A program made the position numbers and the translations under genes. From positions 28,520,001 to 28,584,000 of the forward strand of contig OX597825.1 of the NCBI GenBank assembly GCA_951406725.2: a stretch of 64,000 bases of DNA, given 5' to 3'. Within the stretch, counting starts at the first letter, position 1, and each line of letters begins with the position of its first letter. The stretch is from Octopus vulgaris. Its lineage: Eukaryota. Positions 31,101 through 45,443 of the stretch are shown one piece after another. The notes under the pieces were generated by a model. The model saw only the letters and a list, made by a program, of their open reading frames with translations, had not been told where the DNA came from and searched no databases.

Positions 31101-34100
31101 ATGACAATTGCATGCCTCATTCTTATCTCTACTTGGATGTTTGTGACAGGACACTTGGAATTATCATTTCTACAATTTCACGAACCTCCTGCAATTATAC
31201 CCGATGATCCTTCAAAGTTATACTATTCAGTGCCACTCAATCAAATGATCAGCAAACCGATCATTGTCGTTGCCGTTTATTCAAACGGGACACCTTTTTC
31301 TGAGGGAGAAGTCAATACGACGGCTACAATAGACAGCTATGCTGTTTTGCCCTCTGGCGAGATTAATACCAAAGATACTTGGGCAGAAAGTGGCGGCCAA
31401 CTGTGTCAGAAATCAGCATGGTGGTTGAATTATCCGGAGCGATATAACAGACATCTTGCGAAAACTCGTTGTCATACACCGCATTCTTCCATTCTAATGA
31501 AATCACGAATTTTTAATGGAAAACTCATATTTGATTGGATTTACCATAAACATACCATTGTACCTCCATCCATGCGAATGTTCAGGATCGAAATACCAGA
31601 TTATAAAATATACGTCGACTCTTTCCCAATATTTGTAACCAAACCAGCACACCGGTTAGTTGTAACGAAACAACCACCTTTATATGTTGTGTCTAATGAC
31701 GATTTTGATGTTGAGGTTGAAATAAGAGATGAAGAAGGAAATACTCTCATAAATGGTCTTGATTCGGTAGCAATTGTGGAAATGACAATTCCTTACAATT
31801 ATAAACGTTTCTATGCTGACCCAGAGAGAGAAATGATGATTGATTACACTAAAATTCGAATGGATGGAGAGAATGTAACAATTGATTTTAAAACACGAGA
31901 TATAATAATGCGTCAACAAGCAAATTATGGTAAGGCAAAATTTACTGGAGTTCGAATTTTAGACGTTACACAAAATTTGCAACTAAATATTACTTTAACC
32001 ATGGCAAGAGACCCATGGAGCAGAATTCCTGCTTGCTCAGAATGTTTCCTTGACATCGAACGTGCAAGACAGTTGTCCAGTGACAGAAAGTTTATTACTT
32101 TCCAACGATTAACAACTGAGGAAGAAGAAAAGATTCTACCTGTTGTCTTCACGAGGAATTTCACGGTAATATATTTAATGGTAGATAGCATTGCTCTGGA
32201 CAACTTCTCAAAAAGTATGTATTCTAAACTTAAAAATAATGGGGGAATTGTAGAAGTACCTATCACTTGTCCTTTACTTTACGGCATGAGTATTTTAGCA
32301 CTAGATGCTATAGGTCATCGGATCTATTCAGGCCCTGACTCCACATTACGCCTATCTATTAATACAATCCCAGAAAATATATGTTTTTCAAAACATAGCA
32401 CCGTGAGAATGTCAGATGGAAAAATCCACTTATTGGTATCTATTTGTGAAGTAGTCAATTCCGTCAAATTAAGAATAACTGTAACTAGTATGAACGCTAT
32501 TTATTTCATTACTCCGGCTTTTCGTATAACAGGAAACATTACAATTGGACATTTTGGTGACCTTCGATTTAGTGGTGATGGAAAGGAAATTGACTCACAT
32601 ATCAATTCTTTTATACGATTCGCAATCAATGATGTTAATAATGGTATTATTGTCCCAGAATTAAGAAAGAAAGGATTGAAATTATATTTGAAGTCGTATA
32701 ATATTCCAAACGAAAAATCTGCAACCTATAGAAAACTTGGGGATTTGGAAACTATTTCAACTAATATTCATTTGGTTATAAGTTCAATTCCAGGAAATGT
32801 TGCTAATGTTTTTAGTCCGTTCATAGTGAAGTTTAGGATACCTTATATTTCGACGATCGATTCTACCAGAGAATACATCGATAAAGATATATACCCATTG
32901 TATAATAGTATAAGTTGGTCAGAGGAGGCGTTCTATAATTCAGTGTTTCAATGTGCTAAAGATAGGTTTTGGACTGACATTGTAATCCTTCGATATCACG
33001 ATATTAATTTAACTGGTTTATTCTATTCTGTGGCTATCAAATACAAAATTGACTTACACAATGAATTTGTCTTTGGGGCAGTAAAAGATTTAAAACCGAA
33101 GAACTTGTATGACAGGAAGCTGAAATCATCGTTGGAAGCAGTGAAAAGAACTAACTTGAAAGTAATCTTTCTGTTTGCTCCATTCCATATACAGCCAATC
33201 GTCTTTCGAGAAGCCTATCTTATGAACCTTTCTTCTCTGCATGGATTCCAATGGGTTTTAATGAAAAAATACGCGCGAGAGTTTCCATTTGAGAACCATT
33301 CGGTTTGTAACAAAAAATTAGAATGCACATTAGCTTTTACTGGAACCTACCTCTTTGATTCGACCTACAATGTATCGGGTTACCAAACAGATAGTTGGAA
33401 ACGAGTTCTTAATTATTATTTTAAAGAAGACCGTGTACTTTACAAAGGTGGAAGAGTTCGTCATAGGTCCTTTGAAATAGGAGCGTTAATGGGATTGGGT
33501 TATGACGCCGTGCACCTTTACGCTAAAGCGTTTGCCAAACTTCTCAATAAACGACTAACATTTAGCGGTAACAAGGTTAATTGGCTCATGCGCAAGACAA
33601 CTATACATGGACTAACAGATAAAGTATCTTTCAATGCATACGGTGATAGAATTGGTTATTTCGGTTATCTGGCCCAAGTTAACCCAATCCCACGTTGGCC
33701 ATATTTGCCGAAATCTAAAGTTATAACTTACGTAAAGTGTATTAAGAGATCGGAAGACGGTATTCAATTAGAAATACCTTATGAATCGGAAATACTTCCT
33801 CACAATAAAACTGCGGCACTGGTAGCATTTCCTGTCGGTAAGGCACATAACACTAGACGATACATATCTTTATCGGGGATGGTTAGTCTCAATACACAAA
33901 AAATGATGCCAAAAGAGGGTGAAGATTGGCCGCCAACCATTTTTATTCGGACAGAAAGTATAGTTCCACCATATTATTGCGTTCATGCCTGTGGATACAA
34001 ATTAAAAGACCCCGGTAATATTAATGTTTTCGATCGAGGAATATGTCGTCCTGGTAACAAATGCGAATGCTTTGAAGGATTCGGGGGAAGCATTGTCACT

Positions 34101-36145
34101 CTGTTCAGTGCCATTGTTTACACGGCCTTTGCACTATTGAAGGTTCTTGCATATGTAATCCTGGTTATACAGGTCCCTCTTGTGGTGCAGCAATTTGTGA
34201 GGATTGTAATTTTGGTGTATGTGTAAAACCAGGAGTATGTGAATGCACTACTATAGTATATTTCGGTGAAAATTGTGCTATTCATATTTCATCCATCATT
34301 GTTCCAATATTAGTTGCAGCACTTATTCTCATTAGTATATCTTATGTCGTGGCAGGAATAACTAGCTCGAAGACGAAAAGTATAATTTATCAAGACTGGA
34401 TGATTGATTGGGACAACGTTACTGTACCTGAAGAATTAGGTATGGTAGGACAATCCAAGGGAATAATTAACAAAACGGTTGCAGCTTATAGATGGGACGA
34501 TGAGAACTGGTATGTAAAAAAGATTAATAGTAAGAAAATTCCTCCTGATGATAAAAAGATTATTTCAGACATGGTCAAGTTAACTAAAACTAGACATTAT
34601 AATCTGATTCGATACGGTGGATGCTGTTTGACTCATCCTAATGTCAGTTTGTTCATGGAAATTGCTGACAAGGGGAGTATAGCGGATGTACTTGCCAATG
34701 AAACATTTGAGATCGGATGGGAATTTGGATTTTCATTTTTAAAAGATATATGTTGCGGAATGGAATATTTGCACGACAAATCTGAAATCAAAAGCCATGG
34801 ACGTCTGAAATCTTCCAACTGCTTGGTTGATAAGCGCTGGACAGTACGTCTGTCAGGATTTGGTGCACCGTCTCTTCGTTATGGCAGCTACAGAATCCCA
34901 GAGTCTGAAGAAATGGCTGATTTAAAAGATCTTTTTTGGACCGCACCCGAACTACTGAGGGATAACACAAATCTCGATGGAGTAAAGTCGGGCACACCGC
35001 AAGGAGATGTCTATTCATTTGCTATCGTTGCGTGTGAAATTGCGACGAAGGTAAAACCATACCATTACGAACTGAAACATTTAAGTGAAAAAAGCATTTT
35101 AGATCTCATTAAAGATTCACATTCACGGGCCAATAAAGAAATACGACGTGTATGGGAGAGTATTGGTGGAGGTAACATGATTTTTACAAGACCAATTTTA
35201 AGTGAAGATTTATTACCAAACAGTAATCTATCTAAGAAGCTGTTTAAAAATATGCTCGAAGAGTCTTGGAATGAGAAGGCATCGTCACGACCGACTTTTA
35301 ATAAGCTTAGCATCATTCTAAATCAAATGTACCCCATAAAAGGAGAACTTATAGATAAATTAATCCAACTCTTGGAAACTTACTCCAATAATTTAGAAAT
35401 GGTTGTAATAGAAAGAACCAGAGAACTAGAAGAAAAAAAAGCTAAAGCTGAGCAGCTATTGGGCCAGATGTTGCCCCCGAAAGTAGCTTGTGAACTGAAA
35501 CAAGTTGGTGAAGTGATACCGGAATTATTCGAAAATGCCACGGTATTCTTCAGTGATATCGTAAATTTTGGCCGAATATGTAAAGAAAGTAAACCAATGG
35601 AAATCGTTGATTTTTTAAATGAAGTTTATAAAATATTTGACTCAGTTTTGGACGGCTATGATGTTTATAAAGTGGAAACCATCAGCGCTTCCTACATGGT
35701 AGTTAGTGGTATTCCAGAAAAGAATGGTGATCGCCATGCAGGAGAAATTGCAACAATGGCTTTAGATCTGATGTCATATGTTACTCTACTCCATGTTCCC
35801 AACACGGAAAGTAATGTGCTACAATTACGAATTGGAATGCATTCCGGCCCGGTAGTAAGTGGCGTGGTGGGGAAACTATTGCCTAGATTTTGTCTATTCG
35901 GAGACACCGTCAACACAGCTGCCAGAATGCAGTCTAGTTCTTATGCCTTGCACATTCAAGTGAGCGAGAATACTGCAGCAATTCTTGATTCTTTAGGCGG
36001 TTATAAATTAGAATGTAGAGGGGAGAGAGAAGTAAGAGGTCGCGGATTAATGACAACGTACTGGCTGTGGGGTAAGGACACATTTATGAAAGAATTACCT
36101 GATATATCCCTAGCAGTCCCTCTCTCACAACACAAATTCAAATAA
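31101..36145 (+). pseudogene. Receptor guanylyl cyclase-like gene, copy 3; full length with a single -1 frameshift (G5 at 34083-34087); could be an intact gene if the run is miscalled
   Basis: ORFs 31101-34226 and 34349-36145. The total span of 5045 bp is the intact length minus 1. Confidence 0.88.
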
Positions 36146-36336
36146 AGCCTCCAGAGCATAAATTTATCTATAAAACACCATACATATTGTAGTATGTGTT
36201 CATTTATGTATGTATGTATGTATGTATGTATGTATGTATGTATGTATGTATGTATGTATGTATGTATGTATGTATGTATCTATGCATGTATATATGTATG
36301 TATGTATGCATGTATGTATGTGTGTGTGTGTGTGTG

Positions 36337-37008
36337 CGTCTCTCCTAGTTTTTAATCATTAGAAATCTTCCACTGAGGACGGAGCCGGTTTCCAACAAAG
36401 ATACAAGGCTCCATCTGTGGGATGTAGTTAACACAGACAAATTCACAATTGGAACTTGAGAAAATTCTTGCATATATTTACTGTTCCACCCACAGATTGT
36501 ACCTGTAATGTACGAATTAGCCGGACAGTTTCTCTTTCTGAAAATCCCAGTTTATCCTGATTCTCACTAAAGCATTTACTGAGAAAACCTAATGCTCTAA
36601 TTATTATTTGTATGAATATGAATTCATAGTCTGGATATAGAAGCTGCAGGTTTCGAAGTGGTTGTCCATAGATATTTTCTTTTTCTTTGATTTTCTATGA
36701 GTTATTTATATCTACAGAGCAGCTGACCTCTATGATGGTACATATCTTTGCCCATTGTCCCAAACAACAATATCCAGTCTGTTATGTTTACATTTGACAG
36801 AAGCTTTAATGGGAATATTCCGCTACTATCCCTTGAGTTGGTGTTTATCAATGTATTTCATTATACGGATTTTTAAAGTTTATTTCAGGACACACTTTAT
36901 TGCGGATGGCATTCTGAACAGTTTTAGCTACATCATGACGCATAGGGAGTTAGTACCGTGGCGACTTTTTAAGATAGCAGCCAATCACATGCGGGATGAC
37001 TTCCATGC
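36337..37008 (-). mobile_element. RLE/R4-like retrotransposon fragment, unit 3
   Basis: Homologous to 3323-3994. Confidence 0.72.
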
Positions 37009-37270
37009 GTGTATGTATGTATGTATGTATGTATGTATGTATGTATGTATGTTTGTATGTATGTATGTATGTGTGTGTATGTATTTGTGTGTGTATGTAT
37101 GTATGCATGTGTATATGTATATATGTTTGTGCATGTATGTATGCATGTATGTATGTATGTATGTACGTATGTATGTACGTATGTATGTGTGTGTGTATAT
37201 GTATGTATGTATGTGTATATGTATATATGTGTGTGCATGTATGTATGTGTATATGTATATATGTGTGTTC

Positions 37271-37303
<33 letters not shown>

Positions 37304-37316
37304 TGTATATTGTGAA

Positions 37317-37622
37317 GTTGCATGGCTTAGCGGTTACGATCAGAGAGTTATGAGTTCGAACCCCGGCAGCGCGTTGTGACCTTTAGCAAGATACTTTAAT
37401 TCACGTTGCTCCTCTCACCAAACAAAAATGAAATGTACCTGTAATTCAAATGGGAGCAGCCTTTCCACTTTCTATGTCACACTAGATCTTCTTCAGAATT
37501 AAATTCCGGTTACACGTGCCTCTGGAATGCTCCATCACATGTACTTTAATTTCACGGGTAGGCTGTTCCATCTATCGTATCAACTGGTACGCTGGTCGTC
37601 GTAGCCGACGGAAAAGTAGCGC
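37317..37622 (+). mobile_element. tRNA-derived SINE, unit 3
   Basis: TGGCTTAGCGG and GAGTTCGAACC boxes; homologous to 4251-4556. Confidence 0.62.
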
Positions 37623-37640
37623 ATATATATACATATATAA

Positions 37641-37724
<84 letters not shown>

Positions 37725-37740
37725 AATAATAATTATTATT

Positions 37741-37920
37741 ATTGCACTACTAGGCACTGTAATTGCACTACTTTGCACTACTAGGCACTGCACACATCCT
37801 ACGCAGAACACTATCCATACAATAATCATCAGAGCATCACAACAAATCACAGCACATACCCAAGGCACACAGTGCTGCGTTCGGTAGTGAAGTGAAAGCA
37901 CGCTATAAAAATAAAACTAC
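37741..37920 (+). mobile_element. 3' end of a Dong/R4-like retrotransposon inserted in (TAA)n, unique to unit 3
   Basis: Encodes ALLGTAHILRRTLSIQ*, similar to R4/Dong ORF C-termini, followed by a short 3' UTR. It is flanked by (TAA)n on both sides and absent from the other units. Confidence 0.7.
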
Positions 37921-37922
37921 TA

Positions 37923-37992
<70 letters not shown>

Positions 37993-38469
37993 GGGAGTAT
38001 AACTCCAAACTTACACACACACACGCACGCACACACACACACTCGCACACACACAAATACATACATACATACACACATTTTCACTGAGAAAATGTGAACT
38101 TTACAACAGAAAAAAGCGACGGTGCAGTTTTCTTATTAAAACGTACTGTATTCATATATTATTCGCATATTAATGTTAAAAAATATTCAGCCCATCTTCA
38201 CTACAAAATGAACTTGAAATTGGTAACAATTAGAATCAATTCCACCATTCTACAAGATTTCATCTGATTTTTAAAATTGTTTCTAATTTTGAAAATTCCT
38301 CATGAAACTGTTTTGTTCACATTTTGTTTTTAATTCAACTTTACAACCTTACATGTATAATAGAAAATTTGTTTCAATAAAAAGAAATGTGGCTATATTT
38401 GATGTTTTATTGAAAACTTTTATTAATCACTTTTCACTTGTAATAAAATTCATTTGGTTATTTCATTTA

Positions 38470-40015
38470 TCATAACTTTGATAGATTTCGGCCAGTATAA
38501 ACCCAGGACATGTCTAATTTAATAACACCATCTCGTGAAGTCTTTTAGTGATATATTGGGCACCATGGCCCACTTTATCAAAGAGTTATTATTGTTGGAG
38601 ACATATCTGGGTGTAGAAATTTTTGAAGAAATTTGTCCAGTGAACTTTTGAATTTCATGGGACCCGTTTCCGTTTTGACTTAATTTGATATTAAAGAGAG
38701 CTGGACCAGTTGAGGTAAAGTAGCTGTGGCATAGTGTTTTTATGTGTACTGATTTCGAATTTTGTAGTGGGCTGATAGCACGGGGGCCAAGTCTTGGATG
38801 GATTTTAAAATTGATGCCAACATCATTTGTGCAATATTGATGGAATATTTTCCACATTCCAAAAATGATGCAGAGGTCCCGGCGGCGTTAGAGAGAGTAG
38901 AGATTATGTTTTTTAGTCGACCCCAATAGTCAATGCCTGTTATGCCGTCCATCTTTCGTGTTATTGACATCTGGAGTGCTTCCATTCACGTAATGAGTCA
39001 CCACATTTGGGAGACCACAGTGGGCAACAGTATTCAAGGTAGGGTCGAGAAAAAGAAAAGTAGAGAAGGATGATGGTGTGGGCATCTCTAGACCGGTAAG
39101 TTCTCAGAATCCAGGAGTACAACTTGCGGGTCAAGTCAACCTTGTTGTTTACGGAGGAACTCCAGCTTAGATTGCTATCAACAATTACTTCAAGGTCTCT
39201 GTTGTTGTTGGATGACACTAGGGGCATGTAGCCGTTTCAGAGCATCCCCTTTTACGAAGCGGACCAAATTAAACTTGTCTTCATTTAGAAGCATATTGTT
39301 CTTTTCCGCCCATTGGACAACAACAAACAGATCCGACTGAAGGCATGTTCGGTCTCCCATAGCGTTTATGGCCTTATGGAGTTTGGAATCATCTGCCTGA
39401 TGACGTCTATGTTGTCATTGATGTTGATAAGGAAGAGGAGTGGGCCCAACACAGTGCCTTGTGGGACACCACTACTGACTTTGGCTGAGATTTATCGGAT
39501 TGCCTCAAACACAACATGTTGGGTTCTGTTCGTCTGGAAACTCTTTATCCACTGCAGCAGCTTTTCACGGACTCTACTGTTGGACAGTTTTTTCAGCAGG
39601 ATTTTGTGGTTCAATCTGTCAAATGCCTCGTCAGCTTTGGAGCCTTCTCACAAAGCTTTTAAAATATCATCAAAATGGGGCAGGAGCTGCGACAGGCAGT
39701 TCCTGCCATCACGGAAACCATTCTGTTTGGGATTCAGCAGATTATTGTCTCCGAAGTAGTGAGTTATTCACGATTTCAACACCCTCCCGAATACTTTAAT
39801 GATATAAGAAGAGAGTGAAAGTGGACGGTAGTTCGCTGCAAGAGATTTGTTTCCCCTCTTTAAAAACTGGAACGACAGACTAGGAAAGAAAATAATCAGG
39901 AATTCAGCCTGTGTCAAGTGAATTCCTCCAGAGCTCAGCTAGAGTGGGTACAATTTGATGTCGACACGTCTTCAGGACAGTGGGCGAGAACTTAACGAAC
40001 CTACAACCGAGTTGT
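38470..40015 (-). mobile_element. Old CR1-like LINE remnant, unit 3
   Basis: Homologous to 5090-6870, with small deletions. Confidence 0.8.
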
Positions 40016-41145
40016 AGGTTCAATTTTCAAAGGATGAAAGGCAACGTTAACCTAGGTAGCATTTGAACTCAGAATGTAAAGCATTTTGCCTAGTGTGCTA
40101 ATGATTCCGTCAGCTCGTAGTCTTGTGTTTAGACCTTATATTAACATAGAACTGAGTATACCCCAGCACATATCACATGCACGTATATATTAATGATGTA
40201 AACAAATACATGACAAGTATGCATAATACTGAAAAGGCATGAAGTAAATACATGCAGACAAATATATTAATTTAAGAAATAATAAAAATATACAAAATAC
40301 TTTAGAAATCAATGAAGGGACAAAAGAAAAAGTAAGATGATACATGTTGACATTATTAGGTAATATGTAATTTCACAGGCGCTAAACTATAAATTTCACA
40401 GGGTACAACCTTAAAGTTGACACCGCTAAGTTGACACCACTACAATGCAGAAAATGTCTGTCTCACTATTCGCTAAAAACACAGTTTTGTCGATTTTTAA
40501 ATGTCTGTAACGGTTTCGTCAAATTTTTTCTCCGCTTCTTATGAATAAGTGTGGAAAACTACTTCAATATAACCGATTTTTACTTCCTTTAAGAAAATGG
40601 ATATTCTGTGAATGAATTTAATTACATCTAGGTGGTGCTTGACCACGAAAAAAAAACATAGATGTGAGTGTGCGCGCGTGGATGTGTGCGTATGTGTGTG
40701 CGTTTGTGTGTGTGTGTGTGTGCGTGTGTGTGTGTGTTCCTTCCCCTGTTTTCTATCTCTCTTTCTTGCCCTCTTTTTCCCCGTCTGCAGCTGACACCTG
40801 ACCTTTGGCCAGCCTTCCTTTCTTTCTCTCCCTTTTTTACTCCAGTTGCGTAGCTGAACGTTCGCAAATTCCCTATCTCATTGTCTTGCTATTTGCTGTT
40901 ATCTATTCATTTAGGATGCCTTTTAAGCATTACCCACCATTCTTGCCTTTTTGGTTCTGAGGCTATATTCTCCGATATTTCGCCGGCACCGCCTGCATAT
41001 GGGGTTCTCAGTCTGATCATTAATGGTGCGAAACTGAGTAATACCACCTGGTTGATAACAAATCGCAAATATTCTTGTCAAAAATGACAAAAATCAATGT
41101 TTTACCTTGCAACAAGTACCAAACATTCCAAAACAGTTGTGCAAA

Positions 41146-42770
41146 ACACCCACCTATCTCATCACATCCTTCCATCGTTTCTCGTATTCACTCGGTGGCA
41201 GGGTCTTCCTCTCAACCCCATCTTGCTCTTCAGATGGTATCTGAAATAGGACAGCAAACCGGGGCCAGAGACGAAGGACCCTGTCACAGAACCTTCCATT
41301 CTAGTCCTCGAAACACACTCTTTCAGTACTGCAAACGTACAGTAAAAACATGCTTTACCTTCTTTTGAGTGTCCAGTTGGCGGTATCATTTTCATCATAG
41401 ATCCACCCAAACAGCTGTACTCGTCCCAGATGCGACAGCACGTGTTCGACGTAACATTTCAAGCTAGATAGCTCCCGGCATTCTAGAAAAGCGTGCTGGA
41501 CAGTCTCATTTTCCAGCCCACATCTTGGACACGGCGGTGGCATTGACATTCCCTGCCTGGATAACTCATCGCGAACAGGTAAAGCATTTCTGTAGCACTG
41601 ACAGGTCAGGGAGTTTTGGAAGTTATCCAAGTACCACGAACTGACAGATTTTTTAAACAGGTTGGCAAGTTGGTTCCCATCGAATCCTACAGCCCCTCCT
41701 AGAACGTCATCATTTTTTTTGCCTCTACCAGCCCTCTATAGAACACCGAGGTGGTATTCCTTTCCCAACTTGTCGATCAGCCAGAGTGCCTGACGGCACT
41801 CCTTCTGCCATAATGTTAGGTTACATCTTTTAATGAAACCGGGTTTAAATCTCTCCAAACAGGCCGGTCGCGGCAAGAACTCCTCCGCCAGCGGACTCCA
41901 CACCTTATCAACCTCAACGCATATCTGCGCATCATCAGCCTTCCCAGTCCACCGTTTAACGGTTCCTCGCAGTAAACGAAGCGCCACACAAGTGGTTTCC
42001 TCCCTTCAACAAAAACCGGAAGAGGAGTCTTTCCAACTTGTTTAGCCACAAATCGGGGCAAGGCACAACGGACAGGCGGTAGGAGATTACAGATGCTATA
42101 AACACCTTCACCACCTCCGCCCATGCCCTTCAAGAACAGAGGTCTTCCGGACCACTCCCGTACTATGGCCTCCACCATGTCCACTACCTCGCTCCAATTC
42201 TTCTCCATCTGGGAGACCGGGCCAAACTAAACAAACTCCAAGCAACCCAACAGGGCAATCTGTCCAGTGTCCAACGACACTGGACGATATCGGATTGTTC
42301 CTACAAGTGCCGAGGCGCAAACCGATCGATTCGACCTTGTTAACTTTTGCCCTTGCCACCGCTTCGTATCGTCGGAGAGTATCTTCTACACGAGGTAGCT
42401 GAGCTACGTTGGATCCGATGAGGGTGACATCTTCCCCTAAAGCGAAAAACAAACCCACCGCACCCGATTTCATTGGGGTTGTTTCCTAACTTCTCCAACT
42501 TCCGCAGTAATGGCTCAAGAACCAAGACGTACAGAAGCGGAGGCAAGGGACACCCTTGACGAACAGAACGCTTGATCGAAACGGCTCCTTTAGGTAGCTG
42601 TTTATCTGGACTGTGGACTAGATGCCGCTGTACATAGCGGAGATCTACCCGCCTCAAGGACCGCCTCCAGGTACTGATGGTCTAACCAATCGAACGCTTT
42701 ACTTTGGTCTAAATGGACCTATGCCCTTCCTTCGTCGGTTAATTTCCCAACCATATCTAAGGTGTAGCGG
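41146..42770 (-). mobile_element. Tx1/L1-clade LINE remnant, unit 3
   Basis: SVRQGCPLPPLLYVLVLEPLL and CPRCGLENETVQHAFLEC; the 3' UTR was removed by a deletion at ~41146. Confidence 0.83.
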
Positions 42771-42771
42771 T

Positions 42772-43535
42772 GAAGGTGAAGATTCAGCCTTTCATTAAAC
42801 TTTCTTCACATATTTTCAAAATAACTTGTTTCTTTAGCCACGTATCATTTCTCAGTCGTTGCTTACATCACCGCCTCATCCCTAAAGGTTTCCGCTTCCA
42901 TTTCGCCCTACTCTCCATTCTGCTTCAACCATCCTTCCCATACTCCGTACTACATCCTACCGCCTAATGCGTGCCACCATTTGCTCCATTCTCTCTAAAA
43001 TACATACCATCGACCGCCCTCTCCCTCCGGCTTTTTCCATCTTTTCCTCCTCTCTGTCCCCCTCCCATTCTCACAAATCTTTGCCATATATAATTCATTT
43101 AACTCATCTCTTTCTTCAATATCTTGCCAACACCAAACTTCGTAAACTCCACTCTCTCCTCCATTCCTTCACACATGATGCCACTATCCCAACTCCTCCA
43201 CTACCTTCCCTGACACCCACCCCAAGCCACCCACCCACCCGTGTCCCTCCAAACCCCCCTCACACATCCACACTCCTTCTACCCAGCCTTCCACCAGCCC
43301 TACCACTCCTACCTCAACCCAATCCACCCCTCCTGCTTCTATTCCATCAACTCCTCCTACTTCTATTCCGTCCTCCCCTTCTCTACTTCAGTCTGTTGTT
43401 ACCATTCCCCCAGATCTTTTCTCTGAGGCGGATCGCTCCCTCCTTTGAAGGGGCCTTCGTTTAATCTCCCTCACTCCATCCTGCAATGAATTTCATAATC
43501 CTGCTTATATCCACAACTTTGTGTGCCGTGTTAGG
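42772..43535 (+). mobile_element. Penelope-like fragment, unit 3
   Basis: HVSFLSRCLHHRLIPKGF; homologous to 10055-10790. Confidence 0.62.
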
Positions 43536-43599
43536 TAAGGTGTGTGCGCTTTTCCGCTACACTCTACCCGCATCTAACTGCAACTTATACAGAAGTATT

Positions 43600-44018
43600 G
43601 GCACCTTTCTGTTTGAACGGCAGTTTTTAACATAATTTCTAGGTAACTAAAAAAATTTTAAACTTCGTATACTGGTAGAATGTGTTTATAAAACATATTT
43701 TTCTCTTGGCTTTATTGAGAAACTTTTATAGTTTGTAAGATATTTCGTCTCTAATGTCTTGCATTTCGGCAATTTCAACCAATCGATGACCGTCTATTGA
43801 CGTGAAAACATTTTGTGCCGTATGAATATGTCCCTCGTTTAAGAAACAGATTGGGTTTATTTACATTTGTGAAGAAAAAAAAGATACCCTTCCCCCCAAC
43901 CCTAACCCTAACGCTAAAACAGATTGAAATGCAATAGGTCGATACTAGGGTCATAATTATGGGTAACAATTTCATATGACACCGCTAGAAAAAACTGCCG
44001 TTCAAACCGAAAAGATCC
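43600..44018. mobile_element. MITE, unit 3
   Basis: Same TIRs and flanking direct repeat as units 1 and 2. Confidence 0.83.
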
Positions 44019-45032
44019 GAAGTATCTACTTTTCAATATTATTCGTTTATACGCTATTGTTTATTTACTATTGATTCACGAAATTATCTCAGATTCCCGA
44101 TGTTATATAACGCAATTAAAAACAGCTCCGTATGAGAAGGGGAGGTAATCCCAAGAATGAAGAAATTTCCAGAGATGACAAACGATTAAGGGAAAGAAAT
44201 GGCATACCAGAACAACAGGTAGATGTTTGTTTATGCGTATTTATATATGCGTCATTTGTTTAAAATTTGTATAAAATTCTATTATATAATAATGGTATTT
44301 GGCACAATTTCGATTGTAGAGAAAAATGTAAATTTTTACAATCACACACTTGTCTCAGTTTCGAGGTGTCATTTACTAATAGAATTAAAGATTTCCAAAG
44401 CTTTTCGTGATCTGATTTCTTCAAAACACATCTAAAAACCATATCAAAAGCATTTTCACCTTCAAAATGTGACAGGTGTAACGGTAAAAAATTACACAGG
44501 GAAAACATGTCAGAATGCAATCAGGTAAAGCAGATCTACAATGGTATTAAATTATTCACTTACAAAATTTTCAGGTGTATCCACACGCTTGGAACCGACA
44601 TGGAAACATCTTGCGATACATGTTGGGAATATCCTCTTCATTTTCATTTGACTAAAATTTTCTTGTGACAAAATCTGTTCATCTGAATTAATCAATAAAT
44701 ATATTAAGTATGTGAGCGCATGTGTGTGTGACTTCATACGTGTGTATGTATGTCTCAAGTATGTATGTATATATGTATACACGCACGCACACACACACAA
44801 ACACACACAAACACAAACACAGATACCTGCACGTGCACGCACGCACACGTCGCACATAGTCACACACACACACTCACGCACACATATATACGATTATGTG
44901 TATGTTTGTGATTACGTATGCTTATATGAGTGCAGGATTTTGTGTTATTGTGTGTGTGACTACAAATGTGTATGTGTACGTGTGTATGTGGCGTGTGTGT
45001 GTATGTGTGCGTGCGTATGTGGTTTTGTGTGT

Positions 45033-45107
<75 letters not shown>

Positions 45108-45443
45108 TTTCTTCTTTTGTGCATATAGATGAGATAAATATTCACGAAGAACCTTTCTTAAATTTTTCTTTTATCAGAGACGCTACTCTAAAACAATTTC
45201 ATATGGAATTCAAATTATGAAAGAAGAAAATAAAAAAAATAATAAACGCTTATTATCAGATCAAAAGTGAGTGTTTAACATATGAAGTTGCGTTTAAGAA
45301 AGACGTTGATAGATTTTTTGTTATTAGATTTATTTGTTTAATTGCATAGGCGCTCTGGCTAGCATTTAGTTTTTCATGTTGAAATAGAAAAATTACAATG
45401 CTTTTAAACGACAAATGATTATTCATGAAATATCCGATGAACT

